64,000 nt of DNA, from contig JAFZHX010000003.1 of the NCBI GenBank assembly GCA_017554665.1, positions 1,647 through 65,646 on the forward strand, in the 5' to 3' direction. A program made the translations under genes and the position numbers. The notes beneath the pieces were generated by a model. The model made no database searches. It had not been told where the DNA came from and was given only the letters and a program-made list of their open reading frames with translations. The stretch is from Alphaproteobacteria bacterium (GTDB lineage: Bacteria; Pseudomonadota; Alphaproteobacteria; Rs-D84). The stretch's first letter is position 1. The number at the start of each line of letters is the position of its first letter. This document shows positions 10,472-21,666 of this stretch, one piece after another.

Positions 10472-10500
10472 AAAGAGGACAAACAAGTCCTCTTAAAATT
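10468..10500. terminator. Bidirectional intrinsic terminator
   Basis: aaaAGAGGACaaacaaGTCCTCTtaaaattt between ORF 9899..10471 and tRNA-Val. Confidence 0.5.
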
Positions 10501-10502
10501 TA

Positions 10503-10579
10503 TGGTGGGTGGTATTGGGCTCGAACCAACGACCTTTACGATGTCAACGTAACGCTCTAGCCAACTGAGCTAACCACCC
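10503..10579 (-). tRNA. tRNA-Val (anticodon GAC)
   Basis: Reverse complement GGGTGGTTAGCTCAGTTGGCTAGAGCGTTACGTTGACATCGTAAAGGTCGTTGGTTCGAGCCCAATACCACCCACCA; anticodon loop TTGACAT; encoded CCA. Confidence 0.9.
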
Positions 10580-10636
10580 ATTGCGTCAGCAATTATAACA
10601 GACAAAAACTAAATTGCAAATATTTAATATATAGTA

Positions 10637-10665
10637 TAAAAAACCGGTTTTTGCCGGCTTTTTTA
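10637..10665. terminator. Intrinsic terminator downstream of accC (GCCGG family)
   Basis: aaaaaCCGGtttttGCCGGCtttttt. Confidence 0.5.
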
Positions 10666-12009
10666 ATCGTTTTTCAAAAAGTTTTCCAACCAATGATTGT
10701 CAAAGTTTAACTGTTTAACATCTTTGTTTGCCAACAGTGTTTTTTGCAAAGGAATAGTTGTTTTTACACCTTCGATAACAAATTCGTCCAAAGCGCGTGT
10801 TGCACGCATAATACATGCAGGTCTGCTTTGTGCGTGTACAACCAACTTTGCAATCATAGAATCGTAAGTAGGTGGAATTGTATAACCTGTGTAAACAGCG
10901 CTGTCGACACGAACCCCCAGACCACCAGATGGTGCATACAATGTGATTTTGCCAGGATTAGGAACAAATGTTTCTGGATCTTCGGCATTGATACGAAATT
11001 CAATAGCATGTCCATTTGGAATAACATTTGATTGTGTGTAACCCAATTTTTCGCCAGCAGCAACCCTGATTTGTTCGCGCACTAAATCTACGCCATAGAC
11101 CATTTCTGTTACAGGATGTTCTACTTGTAATCTGGTATTCATTTCCAAGAAATAGAACTTGCCATCTTCGAACATGAATTCGAAAGTTCCAGCATTTGTA
11201 TATCCCATTTTCTTGGCGGCAGATTTACAAATCTCAATCATGTCATCGCATTGTTTTTGTGATAAAGCGGCTGCAGGACATTCTTCCATAACTTTTTGAT
11301 TTCTGCGTTGCAAAGAACAATCACGTTCGCCGAATATTACAACATTGCCGTGTTTGTCGCCCAAGACCTGGAATTCAATATGTCTTGGATGTAACAACAG
11401 TTTTTCCATATACAAAGTATCATCGCCAAATGCAGATTTTGCTTCGTTTTTAGTAAGTTGAAACGCCTCTGCCATGTCGTCAGCAGTCATTACAGGGCGC
11501 ATGCCACGTCCACCACCGCCAGCAGAAGCTTTTAACATAACTGGGTATCCAATTTGTTCTGCGACTTCCAAAGCGTGTTCTAATGAATTTAATTCGCCAT
11601 CAGAACCAGGCACAACAGGTAAACCGCATTCAATAGCAGTCTTTTTTGCATTAACCTTGTCGCCCATTTTTGTAATCATTTCTGGCGAAGGACCAATCCA
11701 AATCATGCCGTGTTGTTCAACCTTGTGTGCAAAGTCTGCGCGTTCGGATAAAAATCCATATCCAGGGTGAATTGCATCAGAATTTGTCAGCAAAGCAGCT
11801 GTTAAAATAGCGGATTCGTTTAAATAAGAATCGCGTGCCGGTGCAGGACCGATACACACAGATTCGTCCGCAAGCTGTACATGCATTGCATCTTTGTCTG
11901 CTGTTGAATATACAGCAACTGTACGAATTCCCATATCACGACATGCACGAATTATACGAAGTGCAATTTCACCGCGATTGGCAATCAAAACTTTTTTTAT
12001 TTGTGACAT
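10663..12009 (-). CDS. accC: Acetyl-CoA carboxylase biotin carboxylase subunit
   Basis: MSQIKKVLIANRGEIALRIIRACRDMGIRTVAVYS... ATP-grasp biotin carboxylase. Confidence 0.95.
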   Translation of the reverse strand: MSQIKKVLIANRGEIALRIIRACRDMGIRTVAVYSTADKDAMHVQLADESVCIGPAPARDSYLNESAILTAALLTNSDAIHPGYGFLSERADFAHKVEQHGMIWIGPSPEMITKMGDKVNAKKTAIECGLPVVPGSDGELNSLEHALEVAEQIGYPVMLKASAGGGGRGMRPVMTADDMAEAFQLTKNEAKSAFGDDTLYMEKLLLHPRHIEFQVLGDKHGNVVIFGERDCSLQRRNQKVMEECPAAALSQKQCDDMIEICKSAAKKMGYTNAGTFEFMFEDGKFYFLEMNTRLQVEHPVTEMVYGVDLVREQIRVAAGEKLGYTQSNVIPNGHAIEFRINAEDPETFVPNPGKITLYAPSGGLGVRVDSAVYTGYTIPPTYDSMIAKLVVHAQSRPACIMRATRALDEFVIEGVKTTIPLQKTLLANKDVKQLNFDNHWLENFLKND

Positions 12010-12016
12010 AATTTTA

Positions 12017-12454
12017 TTATTCGATAACGATTAAAGGTTGGTCAAATTCAACCGCTGCACCATCTTTGACCAAGATTTCTTTTACAATACCGTCTTTGTC
12101 AGATTTGATAGGGTTGAAAGTTTTCATTGCTTCAACCAGTGCGACAGTGTCGCCAGCTTTAACAGCAGTACCTTCTGAAACAAATGTGTCTGCGCCAGGC
12201 TCTGGTGCGAGGTACACAACACCCACCATCGGAGATTTTAACGCATAACCATTAATAGTTTGTGTTGATGGAGAGTTTGTTTCTGTTTTTGCATCTGTCG
12301 AAGCTACAGCAACTGTTGCAGCTACCTGCTGTTTTGATAAATGAATATGTTTGCGATATAACCCAAACAAGAACTGACGTTCCAAGTCCAGTTCTGTAAT
12401 GCCCATATCATCCATGATTTTTGACATAGATTCAACGGTTGCACGAAATGACAT
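12017..12454 (-). CDS. accB: Acetyl-CoA carboxylase biotin carboxyl carrier protein
   Basis: C-terminal biotinyl domain with EAMKT motif; immediately upstream of accC. Confidence 0.9.
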   Translation of the reverse strand: MSFRATVESMSKIMDDMGITELDLERQFLFGLYRKHIHLSKQQVAATVAVASTDAKTETNSPSTQTINGYALKSPMVGVVYLAPEPGADTFVSEGTAVKAGDTVALVEAMKTFNPIKSDKDGIVKEILVKDGAAVEFDQPLIVIE

Positions 12455-12521
12455 TTTATTCCCTTTTGTTTTATTATCTATCTCGCATATTATTAAGATT
12501 CTATCATATTAACTGCCATTG

Positions 12522-12732
12522 TCAAGGCACAGGGTCGTATCCGAATCCGCCACCTGGTCTGCATCGACAAATGCGTTTTATGCCCATGTATGTACCACGT
12601 ATTATACCATATTTTTCAATAGATTGTTTTGTGTATTCGCTGCAACTTGGTGTAAATCTGCATACATTCTTACCACCGATAAAAGGTGATATAGCATGCT
12701 GGTATAGGTGTACCATATATATAGCGATTTTT

Positions 12733-12740
<8 letters not shown>
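12522..12740 (-). CDS. yidD: Membrane protein insertion efficiency factor YidD
   Basis: HLYQHAISPFIGGKNVCRFTPSCSEYTKQSIEKYG characteristic YidD sequence. Confidence 0.85.
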
Positions 12741-14245
<1,505 letters not shown>

Positions 14246-14277
14246 TAAAAAAAAGCCGGCAAAAGCCGGTTTTTTTA
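14246..14277. terminator. Bidirectional intrinsic terminator (GCCGGC-AAAA-GCCGGT); 36-bp near-identical copy at 18616
   Basis: aaaaaaaaGCCGGCaaaaGCCGGTtttttttattg. Confidence 0.6.
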
Positions 14278-14739
14278 TTGTCTTTTTTTTCTAAATTCAT
14301 CAAGCGATACAACGCGTCCTGGATCTGGAACAGAATCAGGTTTTTCTTCCAAAGGCAATTCCATATCGTTGTCTGCAGATTGTAACTGAGATTTATTTTG
14401 AAAAGATAAAATAAAGTCAACAGAAGGGTCTTTGAATTCGACCAGTGCAGAAAAAGGAACGCGAATAAAAAATGGTCTGCCATCAAATGTTAATTGAACA
14501 CCAAATTCTTTGTCAGAAACATGCAGATTGTTATAAGAGTATTGCAAAACAATAGTCATAATATCTGGATATCTGATGCGCAAAAAGTCTGGTAAAACCA
14601 CACCTGCATCGCGTGTGCGAAATGTTATAAAAAAGTGTGTACCATCACCTAATCCATTAAACTGAGCATGAATCAATGCATCCTTTACAATGGATTTCAA
14701 AGCGTTGTCTAAAAGTGTTTGATAATCAATACGTGCCAT
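14275..14739 (-). CDS. SspB-like ClpXP adaptor (stringent starvation protein B family), putative
   Basis: N-terminal YQTLLDNALKSIV then IVLQYSYNNL ... RVPFSALVEF pattern resembling SspB substrate-binding domain. Confidence 0.45.
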   Translation of the reverse strand: MARIDYQTLLDNALKSIVKDALIHAQFNGLGDGTHFFITFRTRDAGVVLPDFLRIRYPDIMTIVLQYSYNNLHVSDKEFGVQLTFDGRPFFIRVPFSALVEFKDPSVDFILSFQNKSQLQSADNDMELPLEEKPDSVPDPGRVVSLDEFRKKRQ

Positions 14740-14745
14740 AATAAT

Positions 14746-15825
14746 TTACTCCGCCAATACTATATTATTTATTTCCCCATTATGGCAAGCAACAAATACT
14801 GCATTGGGAACATTTTTGAAAATTTCGGCATCAAGTCCAGTTGCCCAAACTTGTGCATTTGCATCACCTAGCTCTTTAAACAGGTTTTCACGAGCAGTTG
14901 AATCCAAGTGAGCTGCTGCTTCGTCCAGCAAAATTAAAATCTGTTTACCTGTTTTGACATGAACCAGTTTTGCGTGTGCCAGTATCAAGTCAATCAGTGC
15001 GGTTTTTTGTTGTCCTGTACTAGTTAAATTAGCCGGCAAATTTAATTCATTATTAAAAACACCAAAGTCAGATTTATGAGGTCCGTCCAATATCATTTTG
15101 TCTGCTACCAAACATCTGTTTTCGCGTAAGTATTCCAGATATTTTCTTTCGACATCACCTGCGGTCAATCCATCGATTAGCATTTGCTCTAACATGCCCG
15201 AAACAGAAACGGCGCATTTTTTTAAAAAGTAATTTAATTCCCCTGCGTATTGGATTCGTGCAGTAGCAACAGCGACAGAAGTTCCTGCAATTTGTGTGTC
15301 CAGTGCATCTAGCCAATGAGAGTCTGAACTAGTTTTTAGTGCGTATGCGCGTTCTGATAACAGCTTTGCAAGTTTTGCGGTGCGACCTGCATGCGAAGAA
15401 TCAAAGCTTGTTGCAAGTCTATCGAAAAAAGCGCGTCTGTCAGAAGTACTGTCTATGAACAATCTGTCTTCTTTTGGTGTAAGCCAAACAACAGATATGT
15501 GTTGTGCTAACTCAGAAATTGCGCAATTGTCGCCATCTATTTTTGCGCGTCTATTAGAATCGTTTGTTGTGAAATATACAGATAAATCAGTATCATTATT
15601 TGTTGTAGCAAATACACTAAAACCGCCACTTCCACCAAATCGCGCTATGTCTTGCATAGAGGCACCACGCATTCCCCTGTCGCCAGACAGCATGGATACC
15701 GCTTCCAGTATTGCGGTTTTGCCAGCGCCGTTTGGTCCAGTGATAATGATGTTGTGTCGGCTATTGGTATTTATGCGACACATAGTATGGTTTCTAAAAT
15801 CGGTTAAGCTAATAGATTTAATCAT
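14746..15825 (-). CDS. recF: DNA replication and repair protein RecF
   Basis: MIKSISLTDFRNH...ITGPNGAGKTAILEAV Walker A, C-terminal LLDEAAAHLD; start set to ATG matching RecF N-terminus (cat 15823-15825), ORF-track 5' extension judged spurious. Confidence 0.85.
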   Translation of the reverse strand: MIKSISLTDFRNHTMCRINTNSRHNIIITGPNGAGKTAILEAVSMLSGDRGMRGASMQDIARFGGSGGFSVFATTNNDTDLSVYFTTNDSNRRAKIDGDNCAISELAQHISVVWLTPKEDRLFIDSTSDRRAFFDRLATSFDSSHAGRTAKLAKLLSERAYALKTSSDSHWLDALDTQIAGTSVAVATARIQYAGELNYFLKKCAVSVSGMLEQMLIDGLTAGDVERKYLEYLRENRCLVADKMILDGPHKSDFGVFNNELNLPANLTSTGQQKTALIDLILAHAKLVHVKTGKQILILLDEAAAHLDSTARENLFKELGDANAQVWATGLDAEIFKNVPNAVFVACHNGEINNIVLAE

Positions 15826-15862
15826 GTATGACATCATACACATAGAACAGGTATATTTCAAA

Positions 15863-15896
15863 ACAAAAAACACCCACAAAGGGGTGTTTTTTATTT
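15863..15896. terminator. Bidirectional intrinsic terminator
   Basis: aaaaaaCACCCacaaaGGGGTGttttttatttt directly 3' of tRNA-Cys (minus). Confidence 0.55.
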
Positions 15897-15970
15897 TGGA
15901 GGCCTGGGTCGGAATCGAACCGGCATAGAAGGATTTGCAGTCCTCTGCATAACCACTCTGCCACCAGGCC
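15897..15970 (-). tRNA. tRNA-Cys (anticodon GCA)
   Basis: Reverse complement GGCCTGGTGGCAGAGTGGTTATGCAGAGGACTGCAAATCCTTCTATGCCGGTTCGATTCCGACCCAGGCCTCCA; anticodon loop CTGCAAA. Confidence 0.9.
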
Positions 15971-16063
15971 TGAACCAGTGCCCACATATTAAGCAAAAAA
16001 TAATTGTAATTCAACATAAAAATATTTAAAATATAAAATAAATTTATCGGAGAGGATGTTTTT

Positions 16064-17401
16064 ATGAAGAAAATTTTTGCTTTGTCATTATTTTTAGTGC
16101 CTTTTTCTGCATTTTGTGCGACAGAAGATTGCATGACTCGTACATCTGTTCCAGAAGGAAAATTGACTTTGCCACAGATAATAGAACTTGGTTTGTGCAG
16201 AAATCCACAAACAACAGCATCGTATTTATCATATGAATCGGCAAGATTATCAAAAAATGCCAAGTATGCTTCTTATTTACCAAGTGTAAGTTTGGGAGCA
16301 AACGCATCTTTGCCATATCGTAATGAACAGTGGGGTGATTGGTCTTATGGTGTATCTGTATCAGCATCTTATTTAATTTTTGATTTTGGTAAAAGATTAG
16401 CAGATTTGAATCAAGTTTCTGCTTCATGGCGTGCGGCTGGTTTTGAATATGACGAAACCGTTCAAAATTATATCTATGGTTTGATTGGTTCTTATTATTC
16501 ATTATTAAATGCAGATGCGGATGTAAAGTCTGCACAAATGTTGCGTGATGTTGCAAAAACGGCTCGCGATACTGCACAGAAAAAGTTTGTTGCTGGTACT
16601 GTTGCCAAGGCTGATGTGTTAAAAGCAGATACAACTTTGGCCAGTCGTGATCTTGATTTAGAACGCACAAAAAACAATCGTGAAATAACCAAGGGTTCTT
16701 TGTTGGCGAAATTGTCTTTTCCTGCAGATCAAAATATTGAAATTGCAGATATGCCATCCGAGATTGGCGGTATAGATGACACTAAATCATTAGATGATTT
16801 GTTCAAACAGGCACAAAAGACAAGACCTGATTTATTGCGTGCAACTGCAAATAAGAATGCGGCTTGGCACAGACGCAACAGTGTATTCCTAAGTAATTTA
16901 CCATCTATATCTGCATCAGGTTCTGTTTCTTGGAATGATACTCCATCAGAAACTTATGGTGCTGGTACAGATAATGTAAGTGGCAGTATTGGAATTCGCG
17001 CATCAATGCCTTTGTTTGCAGGTTTTGCAAATTTGTATAATGCGCGTGCAGCAGCTGTAAATTATGAAAAAGCTGTTGAACAAGAACGCAGTACTCAAGA
17101 CAATGCTACTCTTGATATATTTACTGCGTATCAAAATTATAAAACAGCTCAGACTGTTTTGAAACAAACAGAAACATTGTTAAAGTCTGCATCAGAAAGT
17201 GAACGCGTAACAGCTGGTATGTACAAAGTTGGACGCGCAACAATGCTGGATTGGCAGACAGCACAATCTGAACTGGTTAGTGCAGAAAAACAAAATAACG
17301 CTGCAAAATATGATTTATATACAAAGCGTGCCGCGGTTGCGCTGGCTGTTGGTGAAATCAGAGCAGAATTAGAAGGAGAGAGAGAAGATGGTCAAGAATA
17401 A
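16064..17401 (+). CDS. TolC-family outer membrane efflux protein
   Basis: Signal peptide MKKIFALSLFLVPFSAFC; two repeated alpha/beta OEP halves; GGAGAGG RBS. Confidence 0.8.
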   Translation: MKKIFALSLFLVPFSAFCATEDCMTRTSVPEGKLTLPQIIELGLCRNPQTTASYLSYESARLSKNAKYASYLPSVSLGANASLPYRNEQWGDWSYGVSVSASYLIFDFGKRLADLNQVSASWRAAGFEYDETVQNYIYGLIGSYYSLLNADADVKSAQMLRDVAKTARDTAQKKFVAGTVAKADVLKADTTLASRDLDLERTKNNREITKGSLLAKLSFPADQNIEIADMPSEIGGIDDTKSLDDLFKQAQKTRPDLLRATANKNAAWHRRNSVFLSNLPSISASGSVSWNDTPSETYGAGTDNVSGSIGIRASMPLFAGFANLYNARAAAVNYEKAVEQERSTQDNATLDIFTAYQNYKTAQTVLKQTETLLKSASESERVTAGMYKVGRATMLDWQTAQSELVSAEKQNNAAKYDLYTKRAAVALAVGEIRAELEGEREDGQE

Positions 17402-18617
17402 TAAAAATGTTACTTCGACAACACAAACAAAGCGACCTTCGTTAATCAGACGCATGTTGCATTTTGTATGGCGCAAAAAATGGTGGATAATATTATTAGC
17501 TGTTTTGGTTGGTGCAGGTGTATTCTTTTTTGGAAAGAAATCAGATTCCAAGGTTGAATATGCAACTATTAATATTACTCGCGGTGATTTGAGACATGTT
17601 GTTAGTGCAACTGGTGAAATACAACCAGTGAACACGGTTAATGTTGGTTCTCAGGTTTCTGGAACGATTGATAACTTGTATGTTGACTTTAATACCAAGG
17701 TAAAAAAAGGCGATGTACTTTTAACTATTGAACCATCTGTATTACAAGCTTCTGTTGACGAAGCTAAGGCATCCTTGGACAGTGCGGTATCTCAACGCAA
17801 CTATGCACAGAACGAATATAAACGCAGTGAAATGTTGTATCAAAGCGATATGATTCCACGTGCAGAACTGGAACAAAAACAAACTCAATATGAACAGGCA
17901 GAACAGTCTGTGAAACGCGCTCAATCTACATACGAGCGTGCAGTAACGAATCTAGGTTATGCGACAATCGTATCTCCGGTTGATGGGACTGTTATTTCGC
18001 GCAAGGTTGATGTAGGACAAACTGTTGCTGCGTCTTTTCAAACTCCAGACTTGTTTGAAATTGCCGAAGACTTAACCAAAATGCAGATAGAAACTGCTGT
18101 ATCCGAAGCGGATATCGGTGTTATCAAAGAAGGTCAAAGTGTTTCTTTCACAGTAGACGCTTATCCAACAGAAACATTTAACGGTATTGTTCGTCAGATT
18201 CGTTTATCTCCAACAACTACTTCTAATGTTGTTGTTTATACAGTTGTTATTGATGTTGATAATACAGACTTGCGCTTGATGCCAGGTATGACAGCATTTG
18301 TAACAATTATTATTTCAGAACGCGATAATGTATGGAAGGCTTCTAACTCGGCTTTCTTGGTTCGTAACTTTGATCATATTACAGATGTTGCAAACGGTGC
18401 GACTCCAAAGACACACTTAGCGATATTGCGTGATGATGAATTGATAATGATTCCATACGAAAAAGGTTTATCAACAGCAACAGAAACAGAGATTGTTTCC
18501 GAAGAAATACAAGTTGGTGATAAAATAATAACAGGTCGCGTTGGCGCTATGAAGTCGAATAAAAATAATCAAATGATGCGTGGCGGCCCAATGGGTGGTG
18601 GTGGACCAAGAAGATAA
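17388..18617 (+). CDS. HlyD/MacA-family periplasmic adaptor (membrane fusion protein)
   Basis: N-terminal TM anchor, coiled-coil and beta-barrel adaptor regions; overlaps tolC-like stop (operon). Confidence 0.8.
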   Translation: MVKNNKNVTSTTQTKRPSLIRRMLHFVWRKKWWIILLAVLVGAGVFFFGKKSDSKVEYATINITRGDLRHVVSATGEIQPVNTVNVGSQVSGTIDNLYVDFNTKVKKGDVLLTIEPSVLQASVDEAKASLDSAVSQRNYAQNEYKRSEMLYQSDMIPRAELEQKQTQYEQAEQSVKRAQSTYERAVTNLGYATIVSPVDGTVISRKVDVGQTVAASFQTPDLFEIAEDLTKMQIETAVSEADIGVIKEGQSVSFTVDAYPTETFNGIVRQIRLSPTTTSNVVVYTVVIDVDNTDLRLMPGMTAFVTIIISERDNVWKASNSAFLVRNFDHITDVANGATPKTHLAILRDDELIMIPYEKGLSTATETEIVSEEIQVGDKIITGRVGAMKSNKNNQMMRGGPMGGGGPRR

Positions 18618-18647
18618 AAAAAGCCGGCAAAAGCCGGTTTTTTTATT
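18616..18647. terminator. Bidirectional intrinsic terminator, near-identical to the 14246 copy
   Basis: aaaaaaaGCCGGCaaaaGCCGGTtttttttattg. Confidence 0.6.
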
Positions 18648-18942
18648 GTGGCATAGGCATTCCAGCAGTTGCTTCGCCCATAACTTTATCAATTAAAACA
18701 TCTGCTTTTTGTTTAGCGTCTTTTAGTGCTGCCAAGACAATATTAGATACTGCTTCTGCACCAGCTGGTAAAACAGATGGATGAATTGTAATTTTTAACA
18801 CATCGTATTTGCCTGTCATATCAACAACGCAAGCACCGTTTTGTGCGATACCTTTGACATTTGTTTGTGCTAATTTTTCCTGCGCATTAGCAACTTTATT
18901 TTGCAGTTCTGCGGCTTGTGCCATCAAAGATTCCATATCCAC
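18643..18942 (-). CDS. ybaB: Nucleoid-associated protein YbaB/EbfC
   Basis: 99-aa protein, MDMESLMAQAAELQNKV...GMPMP typical YbaB. Confidence 0.85.
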   Translation of the reverse strand: MDMESLMAQAAELQNKVANAQEKLAQTNVKGIAQNGACVVDMTGKYDVLKITIHPSVLPAGAEAVSNIVLAALKDAKQKADVLIDKVMGEATAGMPMPQ

Positions 18943-18943
18943 C

Positions 18944-19300
18944 TTATCTCTCCTTTATGTGTAATAATTGCAAAGCGCGTTGTGGTATATTTAACGCATC
19001 AGACCAAAATTTGGTTAGTTCCAGTTTTGGTATTACTTGGTTATTAGCATGTGTTTTTGCAGATTCTAAATCAGAAAATTCTTTGTTGTCAGAAATCATA
19101 GGCATAACTCTTTTTGTGCCTGCGATACTTGTATCCATTTTAGTCACAAGAAATTTATATAATCCAGAATCCTTATGCTGTTCGATGACAGGAAAAAAGT
19201 TATCATACACGTATGTTCTGACACTAGGAACTTCCTGGACAGCACATCCAAGATGTGCTGCCCATTGTTTATCAGTCCAGTTTAATTGTTCTGGCTTCAT
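18944..19300 (-). CDS. Hypothetical protein
   Basis: 118-aa ORF packed between pnp and ybaB on same strand. Confidence 0.4.
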   Translation of the reverse strand: MKPEQLNWTDKQWAAHLGCAVQEVPSVRTYVYDNFFPVIEQHKDSGLYKFLVTKMDTSIAGTKRVMPMISDNKEFSDLESAKTHANNQVIPKLELTKFWSDALNIPQRALQLLHIKER

Positions 19301-19309
19301 CCGAGTTCC

Positions 19310-21472
19310 TTATTTTTTGATTTCTTCACCAGTTTTTTGGTCGATGCCAACCATAGACATGCGTGTTTTACCGCGTTTGTCGGCACCCAAGAAACGAACA
19401 TAAACTGTATCGCCTTCTTTGATTTTTGTATCTTCGATTTTTGCGATACGTTCACCAGTGATTTCAGAAATATGAACCATTGCTTCAAAGCCGTTCATAA
19501 TTTTTACGAACAAGCCAAAGTCTTTCATACCAGATACAGTACCTTTGTAGATTTGGCCAACTTCTGGTTCTGCAACGATGTCTTTGATGCGAGCAATTGC
19601 GTTGTCTGCATCTTCTTTTGAAACAGCCATAATTTTAACTGTGCCATCGTCTTCCAAATCAATAATAGTATTTGTTTCACGAACCAAAGCTTGGATAACA
19701 CTGCCACCCTTGCCAATAACTTCGCGAACTTTATCTGGATTGATTTTCATTGTATAAGTTTGAGGTGCATATTCAGACAATTGAGCGCGTGGCTTTTTAA
19801 TAGCCTTTTCAATTTTGCCCAAGATGTGCATACGGCCATCTTTTGCCTGTGCCAATGCGCGTTCCATAATTTCAAATGTGATAGAAGTAATTTTAATATC
19901 CATTTGTAATGCTGTAACACCTTGGTCTGTACCTGTTACTTTAAAGTCCATATCACCCAAGTGGTCTTCGTCACCCAAAATGTCTGTCAGAATAGCATAG
20001 TCATCGCCTTCTTTAATCAGACCCATTGCGATACCTGCAACAGGGCGTTTCATAGGAACACCGCCGTCCATCATAGCCAATGTTGCGCCACATGTAGTAG
20101 CCATTGAAGAAGAACCGTTTGATTCCAAAATGTCAGATACGATACGGATTACATAATCGAATTCTTTTCTGCTTGGAACCATTGGATGAACAGCGCGCCA
20201 TGCCAAGTTACCATGACCGATTTCACGACGACCTGGTGATTTTAAACCTTTGCATTCACCAACTGAATAGCCAGGGAAGTTATAGTTCAAAATAAAGTCG
20301 CGTTCTTCAGAGCCATCCAAAGATTCGATTGGTAATGCGTCTTTGCCACCACCCAATGTCAGAGAAACCAAAGCTTGTGTTTCACCGCGTGTGAACAATG
20401 CAGAACCGTGTGCGCGTGGTAATACACCCAATTCGATTTCGATTGGACGAACTGTTTTATTATCACGACCGTCAATACGTGGTTTACCAGCCAAGATATT
20501 GCCGCGCATAATGCGTGCAGTCAGGTTTTCAATAACTTCATCAGCCCATGATTCCAATGTAGATTGTGCGCGTTCTGTTTCTGGGAACAATTCAGCAATG
20601 CGAGCTTTGGCAGCTGTGTGGATAGAAGCCAATGTTTCCAAACGAACTAATTTTTCTTTGATTTGCAATGCAGCTTCGATATCGCCAGCAAAGCTTTCAA
20701 AGTTTTCTTCCATTGTGATGTATTCAACAGATTTTTCTGGTGTTTCCCAACGTTCTTTACCTGCTTTTTCTGCTAATTCGTTAATAGCTGCGATAACAGT
20801 TTGTTGTGCATCGAAACCGAATTTAACAGCGCCCAATACAGTTACTTCGTCCAATTCGCCGATTTCAGATTCAACCATCAATACACCGTCTTTTGTTGCA
20901 GCAACAACCAAATCCATTTCAGATTCTTCTACTGCTTTCTTAGAAGGATTCAAGATATATTTACCGTCTGCATACCCCACACGAGCTGCACCAATAGGCC
21001 CCTGGAAAGGAACGCCACTTAATGCCAATGCTGCAGAAGAAGCAATCATAGACAAGATGTCTGGTTGATTCTTTTTATCGTATGAAAACACTTGTGCGAT
21101 AATTTGAACTTTGTTCTTAAATGTTTCTGGGAACAAAGGACGGATTGGTCTGTCGATTAAGCGAGCAGTCAATGTTTCTGCAGTAGAAGCTTTGCCTTCA
21201 CGACGATCGCGTGAACCTGGGATACGACCAGCAGATGCAAATTTTTCTTGATAGTCAACAGTCAATGGAAAGAAGTCTTGTCCTTCGACAGCTGCTTTTT
21301 CTGCACAAACAGTTGCTAAAACCATAGTGCCACCCATTGTTGCTAAAACAGAACCGTTTGCCTGTTTTGCCATACGACCTGTTTCCAAACGCAGTACTTC
21401 ATCGCCGTACTGAATTTCTACTGCAACAGGATTGTTTAATTTAGCGTCTTTTTTAAATAAGCCAAATACCAT
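19310..21472 (-). CDS. pnp: Polyribonucleotide nucleotidyltransferase (PNPase)
   Basis: Two RNase PH domains, KH and S1 C-terminus; 720 aa. Confidence 0.95.
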   Translation of the reverse strand: MVFGLFKKDAKLNNPVAVEIQYGDEVLRLETGRMAKQANGSVLATMGGTMVLATVCAEKAAVEGQDFFPLTVDYQEKFASAGRIPGSRDRREGKASTAETLTARLIDRPIRPLFPETFKNKVQIIAQVFSYDKKNQPDILSMIASSAALALSGVPFQGPIGAARVGYADGKYILNPSKKAVEESEMDLVVAATKDGVLMVESEIGELDEVTVLGAVKFGFDAQQTVIAAINELAEKAGKERWETPEKSVEYITMEENFESFAGDIEAALQIKEKLVRLETLASIHTAAKARIAELFPETERAQSTLESWADEVIENLTARIMRGNILAGKPRIDGRDNKTVRPIEIELGVLPRAHGSALFTRGETQALVSLTLGGGKDALPIESLDGSEERDFILNYNFPGYSVGECKGLKSPGRREIGHGNLAWRAVHPMVPSRKEFDYVIRIVSDILESNGSSSMATTCGATLAMMDGGVPMKRPVAGIAMGLIKEGDDYAILTDILGDEDHLGDMDFKVTGTDQGVTALQMDIKITSITFEIMERALAQAKDGRMHILGKIEKAIKKPRAQLSEYAPQTYTMKINPDKVREVIGKGGSVIQALVRETNTIIDLEDDGTVKIMAVSKEDADNAIARIKDIVAEPEVGQIYKGTVSGMKDFGLFVKIMNGFEAMVHISEITGERIAKIEDTKIKEGDTVYVRFLGADKRGKTRMSMVGIDQKTGEEIKK

Positions 21473-21617
21473 TTATTTTCTCCATGTTTTTTTTGTTTAT
21501 CTTCTGCGAAGAAAAATTATTCGTTTCTGTACCCTATAACAGATACACAAAAGAACAATTACTCCTTCGCAGTGCAAATTATAAAACATATTTACAGCTT
21601 TGCAAATAAAATCAGTA

Positions 21618-21650
21618 TAAAAAGAACGCCCAACCGGGCGTTCTTTTTTT
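21618..21650. terminator. Intrinsic terminator downstream of TPR gene / upstream of pnp leader
   Basis: aaaAGAACGCCCaaccGGGCGTTCTtttttt. Confidence 0.55.
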
Positions 21651-21666
21651 GTTTATTTTGTTACAC

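Noticed and set aside
15826-16263. N-terminal 146-codon extension of the recF ORF
   Set aside because: It overlaps the tRNA-Cys gene and the tolC-like start. The RecF homology begins at MIKSISLTDFRNH.
16062-16757. 231-aa minus-strand ORF
   Set aside because: It is antisense to the TolC-like gene and has low-complexity Q/H/L-rich translation.
20343-21068. 241-aa plus-strand ORF
   Set aside because: It lies entirely antisense within pnp.
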